Below are positions 1-12,100 of a stretch of DNA of 64,000 bases, one piece after another. The translations under genes were made by a program, and so were the position numbers. Position 1 is the first letter of the stretch. Each line of letters starts with the position of its first letter. Below the pieces are notes generated by a model, which was given only the letters and a program-made list of their open reading frames with translations, ran no database searches and was not told the origin of the DNA. This DNA is from Eledone cirrhosa (lineage: Eukaryota), in the NCBI GenBank assembly GCA_964016885.1, contig OZ024756.1:23870001-23934000 (forward strand). Reading direction: 5' to 3'.

Positions 1-11
1 TTTATTATAGT

Positions 12-136
12 TTAGATGTGGGCGAAGAATATGTTTAAGAATATGTTGACGAAGAAGAAAAAAAGAAAAAAGATAATGAAGATTGATGTGATGGTGGAGA
101 TGGTGTATTCACACAGGTCTACACAGATGATTTCTT
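12..136 (-). CDS. CENPE: Candidate terminal exon 24 ([41 protein letters not shown])
   Basis: Strong pyrimidine tract plus CAG at 137-139, phase 1 compatible, TAA at 14-12, AATAAA at 6-1. Confidence 0.5.
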
Positions 137-868
137 CTGGAGAAGAAGAGAGAGGAAATAGGAAAGAGATGTGGAGCAACAATTGACTCCATTACAAGAC
201 TGGTACTTCTTTTTATCGACCTCAAAAGAATGAAAGATAAAATTTATCTCGGTTGGATTTGAACTCTGAGTAGAGAGAGCCAGAACAAATACTACAAAGT
301 ATTTTATCTGATGTTCTAACAGCTCCACTAAACACTTGATTTTATGAGATGAATCTGGAAAACAGGTGAGAAATTTACCTTCTTTTTGATTAATCTCCAT
401 TTCTAATCTCGATATAGTTTCTTTGCAAGCACCATTTTCTTCATTGAGTTCTTCAATTTTGGCCAAACAATTCTTCATTTCTTGATGTAAGGACTAAATA
501 GGAAGAGAAAAATACAATATATATATATCATCATCATCATCATCATCGTTTAACGTCCAACCCCGACGCTAGCAGGGGTTAGATGGTTTTGTTCTAATTG
601 ATGCGGGAATGGTCGGGAGACCATGTCTCACTCGCACGGAAGCATCTCTGGCAGGTTTCTTTACAGCCGAATGCCCTTCCTAACACCAACCACATTTACA
701 GTGTGGACTGGGAGCCTTTTCACCATGTTGCCTACACGGCCACCTTACATATATATGTTTGTGTGTGTGTATATATATATATTCATATACATATATATCC
801 CGTATATCATACAGAACTAGTCCTTAAAGAAAAATGTCACTTTTCAATGTATATATATATATATATAG

Positions 869-902
<34 letters not shown>

Positions 903-1750
903 CAGGGTGTTCCAAAAAATGTATACACACTTTCATTACCTGTACAGGTAATATTTATTAGAATGCTGTTGAAGTGTGTATACATTTTTTGGAGACACCC
1001 TATATATATACTTCCCTTACATACAAAGTTAAACGTAGTCAGTAGGCACCTCTTAACCAAATATACACCTCACCCCACTACCCCTACTCCATCCTTCCAC
1101 TTCCACCTACACCACGGTTTCTCTGTAAAGTTATGTTGGTATCACAGAGCATCCAGTACACACTGTAAAGTGGCCGTGTTGGTGTCACAACAAAAAGCAC
1201 CCAGTCCTCACTGTAAAGTGTAGGCAACACAACAAAAAGCATCCAATACTTACTATAAATGAGGTTGGCGCTAGAAACTGTAGAAATCAAGCCAAAATCA
1301 GTTCTGCATGAGCAAGAAATGGTCACCTGACCTGGCATTGTTCACAACAGGATAACTCATCTAATTCATGCTAGCATGGAATATATATATATATATATAT
1401 CATCTCATTTCATTTCATTTTACGTCCGCTTTTTCCCTGCTTGCAAGGGTGGGACGGGAACTGATTCTGGCTTAATTTCTACAGCTGGATGCACTTCCTA
1501 ACACCAACCTCATTTTCAGCAAGTGCTGCGTGCCTTTTTTTTTTTTGCTGTGGCACCTACACGACCACTTTGCAATGGAATGATAGGGACCCCAGTCCCT
1601 ATCATCTCATTACTACAGCTGAGTAAACTGGAGCAATGTGAAATAAAGTGTCTTGCTCAAGGAAACAACACATCACCCGGTCTCAGAATTGAACTCACAA
1701 CCTTTCGATTGCAAGGCCAATGCTCTAACCACTAAGCCATGTGCCTCCAT

Positions 1751-1783
<33 letters not shown>

Positions 1784-3534
1784 AAGAGAGAGAAAGAGAG
1801 AGATAGAGAGAGTTAGTTAGTTACACAACAAATTAAAATGAGTAAACCATAGTTGAGAACACGTATTTTACCCAAAGAAGTATCCTTTAGGTGAAACACG
1901 TGTTCTCAACTATGGTTTGTTAATTTGTTGTGGAACTATAACTCTATACTGAACTCATCCTATGGACTGAGTGCTCTACCAACTTTGGATATAAGCTCCT
2001 GCTATTTTACCACTATGATAAATTCCGATCTCACACACTTGCACCTCCCCCAAGACAATGTCACTGGACCGAGATCTTTGGCGCTACACAGTTATACAGA
2101 AGACCCGCCTTGCCTAAGTACAAAGCAAAACCTAGTCAGTAGGCACCTCTAACAAAATACACCCCCGTCCCACTACCCCCACCCCATCCACACCACCCCC
2201 TTAAATGTGAAGTTATATTGGTACCACAACATCCATCCAGTCCGAAACAAATGAGGTTGTGTAGATGTCACGACAAAAAAAAAACACAGTCCACGCTGTA
2301 ATGTGGCCATGTAGGTAACACGGTAAAAACCTCCCAGTCCACACTGTAAACGTGGTTGGTGTTAGGAAGGGCATCCAGCCGTAGAAAACCCACCAGACAG
2401 TCCTATACGAGCAGGTCAACCAATCTTGCCTCAAGTGGGAAAACTCCCATCCAAAACCATGCAAGCGTGGAAGATGGACGTTAAACGATGATGATGATGA
2501 TATATATCTATATATATATATATATATATCATCATCATCCATTAACATCTATCTTCCACGCTAGCATGGGTTAGACGGGTGTGTCCCATTTAGAGGCAAG
2601 TTGGGTAGGGTGACCGTGTCCCAATCACATAGTGTTTCTGGCTTGTTTTCTACGACTTGATATATATATATATAGCTTTCACCTTTTTTTTGACTCCCAT
2701 GTACGTCAATACTCATCTTTTTCCATTTTCTGAGGGTTCTAAACCCCATTATCAGGTTAAAATTCTTTTAGTCAAAAATACGGTGAAAGCTATTCTATTT
2801 TCTAATTTCAAACCTGCTCACTGTTTCAAAACATACTTACGTGATATATAAATATATATATATATATATATGGAGGCACATGGCTTAGTGGTTAGAGCAT
2901 TGGCCTTGCAATCGAAAGGTTGTGAGTTCAATTCTCAGACCGGGTGATGTGTTGTTTCCTTGAGCAAGACACTTTATTTCACATTGCTCCAGGTTACTCA
3001 GCTGTAGAAATGAGATGAGATAGACTGGGGTCCATATCATTCCACTGCAAAGTGGTCATGGAGGTGCCACGGCAAAAAAAGCACCCAGCACTCACTGTAA
3101 ATGAGGTTGGTGTTAGGAAGGGCATCGAGCTGTAGAAATCAAACCAGAATCAGTTCCCATCCCACCCTTGCAAGCAGGGAAAAAGCGGACGTAAAATGAA
3201 ATGAAATGAATGAAATGAATATAGTAGCAAAAAACATTGAAAAGAGACATTTTTATTTGATTCAGTGATGAATTCACCAGAAAACTACTTGCTGACTGAC
3301 TCAGACAGAAAGTCCCTCAGCGAGAATGAGAAAAGAGAAAGAAAGAGTAAATCTCACTTGGATTTGATGGTGTGTGTTTTCTCTTTCTGACTTCATTCGA
3401 GTTTTCAAACTAATACATTCAGCACACTCATGGCTATCAGATTTACTGGATCTGGGGCTATCACTGGAAACTGTGCAGACTTCTGTGAAAATAAATATGT
3501 ATCTGCCTTAAGTTTACCTTCAATCTTCAAAAAG

Positions 3535-3565
<31 letters not shown>

Positions 3566-6073
3566 ATATATATATATAGTTATATTGTTAAGTAACAGTA
3601 GTGTATGTATATATATATGTGTATATATACATACACACATATACATAAGTGTGTGTATATATATATATACACATACATACGTGCGTGCATGTATGTTTAT
3701 AACTCATAACTTGGTGGCTTCACAAAAAGAAAGAAAGATAAAAAAAGATAAAATAAATACTGGTTGCCCCAACATGGCCACAGTCTAATGACAAACCAGT
3801 AAATAAATAAAATTAAATAAAAAAAAAAGAACTCAAAAAGGTTTTGGAACTTTTACCTTTTTGTTTTTCAAGTTGTTCTTCAAGTTGCTTGGTTTTGTTC
3901 AACTCAATTTTTAGTTGGCTACGGAAGAACTGTTGAGAAAAATATTATTTTATTTCATGGCATATGACTGAGGGATGTATGAGACTGAGGGACGTATAAG
4001 ACTGAGGGACATATGAGACTGAGGGATGTATAAGACCCACATAAGACATAGCCCCATTTTTGTCGAGAGATAAGTAAGTGACATAGTCACTACTTTAAAA
4101 CTCACAGCGAATGGTCTTCAAAATATTTTTAATTAAACATACAGTATATTATCAAATATACTATACAAACATTTAATAAAAGAATACATTTTACTTACTT
4201 CTAATGACTCAACTTTTACTGTATATTCTGCAATCTCTTCAGACTGCCGTATCTTTTCACGCTTCAGTTTTTTCACCTAGAAAGAAATATAAATATTTAG
4301 GTACAGGCATGGTTGAGTGATATTAAGGATTAGATTTTACAACCACATGGTTTCAGCTTCACTCATATTGTGTGCCATCTCTTAAGCACGTCTTCCACTC
4401 CTCTAGCCTTACGGTGACCCTATGGTCTTATGAGTAAAATTTGGTAGACGGAAAGTAGAGGAGTGTATCATATACAAATGTACTTAACTTTTTTCCCACT
4501 TTTTCCCCCCCTAAAAATGCCCCAGAAAATCACCATCGTGTCTTATAAGGTCATGAGTCAGTTTAAGTTACTGGCTAGTAGAGTTCTAGTGCTGCGGTGG
4601 CCCTTAAATTGAATTTTCACACCTTATCTTAAAAATATACTTAAATATTATTAGTATTACGATGTAGAATGATAATAAAAAAAAAAATACAATGTAGAAA
4701 TTTTATACTTTTCACCTGACATACGTAGTTTAAACCCATTTTAAAAATTTATTTTTAAAATGCCTGCCGAAATTGAGGTGGGTCTTATAAGCCGTGAAAT
4801 ATGGTGTGTGTGTGCGTATATATATATATATACACACACAGATACATACATACATATATCATCAACATTTAAAGACCATCTTCCATGCTAGCATGTGTAG
4901 GATATATATATATATATATGTCCTACGCTAGTGCAATTTATAAATTTACAGTGTTAGTGCCAAGATAAATGCACCTGGAACACTGAAGTCGTTTGGTATT
5001 AGGAAGGGCATCTAGCAGTAGTATCCATGCCAGATATGAAGCATATGAGCAATATGAAGTTTGTCTAACTTGTCAAGTCTTGGACATTAACAACACATCT
5101 AACCCAGGCCAGAATGGAAAGCTGACATTGTGAGACGACCTTTTACATTCAAAGAAATTCCAGCTATGATCATCCTGTCACTTTAAAGGTCCCCAGCTCT
5201 TTAATATGTTGCACCCCCCCCCCCCCCCCCACTAAATGACCCCATATAACCCTGAGAGCTGTATATGGAGTGAAAGTAGATATTTTTAAGAATCATCTCA
5301 ACATTATATGGATTGTCCACATTAAGAGACAACTCTTGGCCAGTTAGCCACACTGTACCTTGGTCAAATGGAATTGGATTTTGGCTGGATTTTTTACAAC
5401 TGGAATCCATTCCTAACACCAACCATGTTTACAATCCAGGGTAGATTAACCCTTTAGCATTTACATTACTCTACTTACTACTGTATTTTCATGGTAATCA
5501 CTTTATCTCACATAATATAGAATCTATGAGATTCTGATATTTATTTTGAGAACAATACTTTAACATAAATATAAGCAGCCAGTTATGGGTGGTTTGAACA
5601 GAAAGAGGTGAAAGAATTTTGGCCAAATACAGTTGGTTTAAATATCTAGGTCTTTAGTACTTACCATCTTTGTCTTCTCTTCATAATCTTTCTCTATATT
5701 TTCCAACTTTTCTGTGAGAAAACTGCACTCTTCATCTTTTACTTTCACTTGATTTTGAAGGAGTGTAACATCAGCAGATTCATTATTTACTGCAGGAATA
5801 CCTATAAAAATATAATATATATATATATATGTGTGTGTCCATCCAAACAACCTGTCATTTAACTAGATTAAGAAATAAACATTTCTTTTCTTTTCTAAAA
5901 CTTGCCATGCATAACCGAATATCTTCAGTGGATAATTAACCAATAATATTTAAACACTATTTCAACCAGCCATCTTTCATTAGAAACATGGTAAAAAAGG
6001 GTACATAAAACTGGAATTAACAAACTACAACTGACTGTATATATTTGAATATAAGCTGAGGAATATGTGACCC

Positions 6074-6110
<37 letters not shown>

Positions 6111-9100
6111 ATATTAAAGTGGAAGGTTGGCTTATATACACCATCTAAACTCTTTAATATGTGTGTGTGTGTGTGTGTATATATATATCCATATATACAC
6201 ACATATATATATATACACACACACACATATACATACATACACATATTATTAAGGCTGAATAGCGAGTCTTGTTACTCTGGAGTTTCACCTGCTTATCAAA
6301 TATATTTCTGCTCTCTTCCTGGTTGAGCAGCTTTCCTCTTCACACCTACGAATATTGCTACACACACACACACACATATATATATATAATGATTTCTATT
6401 ATAGGAACAAGGCCAGCAATTTGGGGAGAGGGGAAAGTCATCACTAGTACTTTATTTTATTGACCTTGTAAGGATGAAAGGCAAAGTTAACCTTGGTAGG
6501 ATTTGAACTCAAAATGTAAATATACCGCAAAGCATATTGTCTGACACTACCGATACTGTCAATTCACCACCCTCACACACATATATATAATGAAAACATA
6601 AATATCTCCTTACCTGGTCTTTGGAAGGTTGAAGTATCTCCAGTGTCATCATTTCCTTTGCTAGTGTCTTTGTTCTTTGTTTTGTTAGCGACATCAGGTG
6701 TAACACAGGACAAACATTTGTTTTGTTTTTAAATGAAGAAAAATACAAACATAAGTGAAATATATTATACTGAAGCTAATAGACATGTAGATGTTGTGTA
6801 AACGTCTGTCATGCTGGAAGGGGATTAGTTAAAGTGTGTGTGTGTGCATGTGAGTCTATAATATATATATATACATATGAAGGCGCATGGCTTAGTGGTT
6901 AGAGCATTGAGCTTGCAATCGAAAGGTTGTGAGTTCAATTCGGACCGGGTGATGTGTTGTTTCCTTGAGCAAGAAACTTTATTTCACATTGCTCCAGTTT
7001 ACTCAGCTGTAGAAATTAGATGATATAGACTGGTGTCCATATCATTCCACTGCAAAGTGGTCGTGGAGGTGCCACGGCAAAAAATGCACCCAGCACTCAC
7101 TGTAAATGGGGTTGGTGTTAGGAAAGGCACCCAGCTGTAGAAATCAAGCCTGAATCAGTTCACGTATGAGCAAGACAAGGTCAGCCGACCAGACACTGCC
7201 CTCAACAGGACAACCCATCTAACCTATGCTAGCGTGGAAGAACGGACGTAAAATGGTGATGATGATGATGATGATGATGATAATAGAGAGAGAGAGAGAA
7301 AGAAGAAGCTGTAATGTAACAAGTCTTTATGAAAAGGGGAATATACATACATTACATATGCATATACACATACATATATATACGTATACATTCGTATATA
7401 TGTATCATCATCATCGATATTTTAACATAATAATAATATAATAATAATGAAATTATTGTGTAAAGTGCTCAGGTGCACTACAACTCGTCAATATAGTACA
7501 TAGAATAATACACAAATGCCAGGGAAGTACATGTTTGTATGTGTTAGCTGTAGTGTTGGCGGATCTCGGGAAGCATGGAGGCCTTAAAGGATGCAGTGTC
7601 TCGACAGCTAACAACTGCATCTGCTTTCCCAGCTAGCAAGATGTTTGTATGCATATATGTATGCAAGTACAGGTAAAATTTTGTTATAACAAATACTATT
7701 ATAAATAATTTTCCAGTATAACAAAAATTTTTTTAATACTTGGCCACACGCTTGACGTGTTTCGGTCGATCTCGTTATAAAGAATTTTTCGTTACAACAA
7801 ATTTTTTTTTATACCCCAAGAATTTTGTTATAACAGAATTTTACTGTATATATGTATGCCTGTATATATGTATATATATGCTGTAGTAAGCAATAGTTTT
7901 TAAATCAATTTTTACAATATAGAACAATACCAGAAACATTTACCTGTATAATAAAAGTAGAATTATCAAATGAAATTTGTTGTTAGTTATTGAAAAAAAA
8001 AAAATCAATCTTATATACCTGATATTTCTTCAGCTGAGCTTGAAGCTCTAATATACGATTTCTGAGTTTTTCAATTGTCAAGTCTCTTTCTTCAACCTCC
8101 TTGTATTTCTTGGCAATGTCACTTTGCAGTTCCGACAATGTTTGTTGGAGATTGTTATACTTCTGCTGATTGCTCTTTAACTCACTCAACTGACATTCAT
8201 ACTGTTGAGATTCTGATTCTAATTTCTTTCTGAGGTCCAACTCTATGCAAGAATGAATTTTCTCTAATGCCTTCATGTTTTTAGTGAGAATATTGCATTC
8301 TTGTATCTTAACTGCCAGATTCTTTTCAAAATTTCTAACTTCAATTTCCTTGTTTTGTTTCAAAGCAGCTAGTTCATTTGACAGCTCAGTTTGTTCTTCA
8401 CATTTTTGTTTAAACTCACATGCAAACTGCTGCTCAATTTCCGTATTTCTTTCTTTGAGTTTAGATAATTCTCTAGAAAGATCTAAACATTCTTGTGATT
8501 TATCAGACAATTTCTCTTCAAGTTTTTTTACTGTTTTGTTCTCCTCCATTTTTTTCTTCTTAAGTTCAGATAATTCTCTAGAAAGATCTAAACACTCTTG
8601 TGATTTATCTGAGAATTTTTCTTCAAGTTCTTTTACTAATTTGTTAACATCCATATTTCTTTCTTTAAGATCAGACAATTCCGTGGAAAGATCTAAACAC
8701 TCTTGTGATTTATCAGACAATTTCTCTTCAAGTTCTTTCACTGTTTTACTCTCATCTGTATTTCTCTCTTTAAGATCAGACAATTCTGTGGAAAGATCTA
8801 AACATTCTTGTGATTTGTCAGACAATTCTCCTTCAAGTTCTTTTACCGTTTTCCTCTCATCCGTATTTCTCTTTTTAAGTTCAAACAATTCCGTGGAAAG
8901 ATCTGAACACTCCTGTGATTTATCAGACAATTTCTCTTCAAGTTCTTTTACTGTTTTGTTCTCATCTATTTTTTTTTTCTCAAGTTCAGATAATTCTCTA
9001 GAAAGATCTAAACATTCTTGTGATTTGTCAGACAATTCTCCTTCAAGTTCTTTTACTGTTTTCCTCTCGTCCGTATTTCTCTCTTTAAGATCAGACAATT

Positions 9101-12100
9101 CTGTGGAAAGATCTAAACATTCCTGTGATTTATCAGACAATTTCTCTTCAAGTTCTTTTACTGTTTTCCTTTCATCCGTATTCCTCTCTTTAAGATCAGA
9201 CAATTCCGTGGAAAGACCTAAACATTCCTGTGATTTATCAGACAATTTCTCTTCAAGTTCTTTTACTGTTTTCCTTTCATCCGTATTCCTCTCTTTAAGA
9301 TCAGACAATTCTGTGGAAAGACCTAAACATTCCTGTGATTTATCAGACAATTTCTCTTCAAGTTGTTTTACTGTTTTGTTCTCATCCACTTTTACCTTCT
9401 TAAGTTCAGATAATTCTCTAGAAAGATCTAAACACTCCTGTGATTTATCAGACAATTTTTCTTCAAGTTGTTTTATTAATTTGTTAACATCCATATTTCT
9501 TTCTTTAAGATCAGACAATTCCGTGGAAAGATCTAAACACTCTTGTGATTTATCAGACAATTTTTCTTCGAGTTCTTTGACTGTTTTGTTAACATCTGTA
9601 TTCCTCTCTTCAAATTTAGACAATTCTTTAGAAAGATCTAAACACTCTTGTGATTTGTCAGACAACTTTTCTTCGAGTTCTTTGACTGTTTTGTTAACAT
9701 CTGTATTCCTCTCTTCAAGTTTAGACAATTCTCTAGAAAGATCTAAACATTCTTGTGATTTATCAAAGAATTTTTCTTCAAGTTCTTTTGCTGTCTCATC
9801 CATGTTTTTATCTTTGAGTTCAGATAATTCGTTAGAAAGAGCTGAACATTCTTGTGATTTATCAGACAATTTCTCTTCAAGTTGTTTTATTATTTCACCC
9901 TCCTGTACTCTAAGATCAAGTTCTGCAGTTAAATTACGACATTCATCAACTTTGGATTCTAACTCCTTTTCACAAACGTTCAGTTTATTGTTAAGATTGA
10001 TAAAACCGACATTCTCAGCAGTAAGTATCTCTAATGACTGTTTCAAGTAGGAATTATCTCTTTTCAATTCATTAAGTTGAGTCATTTTTGATTTTAATTG
10101 TTTCCTGAGTTCTAAAATATCTTCTTCATTGATGCCATCAGACATTTGAGCTGCCTTATCAACATGTTCTGAACTAGATAGACTTACTTCTAGATCAACA
10201 AGAATTTCCTGTTTGGCAGATTGAAGATTTGCCTGAACTGAAAGCATCTGTTCTTTTTCTTGGTTTGCATCTAACAGAGATATATTCAAGTCTTCTATTT
10301 TTTTCTTCAAAATAGCTAAAGTCTGGATCTTGGATTCTGATGATTTACACAGAGAAATATGCTCCTCTTTCAGTTTCTTCAACTCCTTTGTTTTCTCAGA
10401 AAGTTTACTTTGCAACATAATAATATCTGCCTTCTCTTTACTCTCACCTTCTAACCTTCCAATCTCTTCAACAAGAATATCATACTGTAAAGCTTTGGAT
10501 TCTAATTTTTCTAAAGAATTTTTCACAGTTTCTATTTCATTGGCTTTAAGAGTTTTATATTCAGAAAACTTGAATTTCGTTTGCTCCAATTCTTCAACTA
10601 AATCTTCATGTTCTTGTGTTTTAGCATCTAATTCTGCTTTTATTGAATCTAACTCAGCTTTCAGACAATCATATTCTTTTGTATTTAGCTGACTTGGTAG
10701 ATTCTCATCTTCAACAAGTTCTTCTTCACTTCCACAATGAAACATTTTTCTTTTATTGGAATTATTTTGGTAAGTAACACTCGAGTTTGATATTGCTTCA
10801 GCTGCATTTTTGAAGGATTCTAATTGCATTTCCAAAGTTAAAACCTCCTCAGTTTTCATAACAACTGTTTTTTGCAAAGAAGAAATTTCTTCCTCCAAAG
10901 AAAGACATTCTTGGGTCTTTAATATTAGCGCTTCTTGGAATTCAAGAAACTGAGTTTTCGATGGTAAATCAGAAATGTCACTCGAGTCAAGATCTTCTTC
11001 AAGAGAGTACTTTAAGACAGCAGAGTCGTCCATACTATATTTTGATTCAACCTCAACACTTTTTGATGGTAAGGATTTCAAATTACTCTTATTAGCAGGA
11101 TTTAAACAGAAAGATTGTCTTATGCTTGTATCCGACTGTTCAATTTGGGAAACACCTACAGATTTCAAATTACTTTTATCAGCAGGATTTAAACAGAAAG
11201 ATCGTCTTATGCTTGTATCCAACTGTTCAATTTGGGAAACATCTACAGATTTCAAAGTACTTTTATCAGCAGGGTTTAAACAGAAAGATCGTCTTATGCT
11301 TGTATCCAACTGTTCAACTTGGGAAATATCTACATCTTTCTTACTCATAATGTGTTCCCTAATTTGTAGCAAAGATTGTTTCATATCGACAACAACTAAA
11401 TGAGTATTGACCAAATTTTGTTGTAACTTTGCAATTTCTTCATCTTTCATGGCTATTTCACAAATCAAGTTTTCACAATATGTCTTAGTAAAAGAAAGTT
11501 CGAGTGAAATTTCTTCTTTTTCATTCTCTGATGTTGCTAATTTATCCTGGAGTTCAGCAACAGAAGTGGTGATATCTGTCCCAGTTATATTTTCTTGAGA
11601 ACCCTTCAATTCAGATATTTCACAAATCAACTTTTCACAATATGTTTTAGTAGAAGAAAGTTCAAGTGAAATTTCTTCTTTTTCATTCTCTGATGTTGCT
11701 AATTTATCTTGGAGTTCAGCAACAGAAGTGGTGATATCTGTACCAGTCATATTTTCTTGAGAACCCTTCAATTCAGATATTTCACAAATCAAATTTTCAC
11801 AATATGTTTTAGTAGAAGAAAGTTCAAGTGAAATTTCTTCTTTTTCATTCTCTGATGTTGCTAATTTATCTTGGAGTTCAGCAACAGAAGTGGTGATATC
11901 TGTACCAGTCATATTTTCTTGAGAACCCTTCAATTCAGATATTTCACAAATCAAATTTTCACAATATGTTTTAGTAGAAGAAAGTTCAAGTGAAATTTCT
12001 TCTTTTTCATTCTCTGATGTTGCTAATTTATCTTGGAGTTCAGCAACAGAAGTGGTGATATCTGTACTAGTTATAATTTCTTGAGAACCCTTCAATTCAG

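Noticed and set aside
2872-2945. tRNA gene-like sequences (also 6879, 14861, 39021, 48820, 53067, 55810)
   Set aside because: Box A/B heads run straight into SINE bodies, and I could not build a complete cloverleaf.
3265-3300. C/D-box-like GTGATGA...CTGA
   Set aside because: Boxes are too close together and are antisense to the host gene.
8275-10050. 591-aa plus-strand ORF (also 10330-10692 and 10975-11403)
   Set aside because: Antisense shadow of the repetitive CENP-E coiled-coil exon; Ser/Phe/Leu repeats with no independent gene signals.
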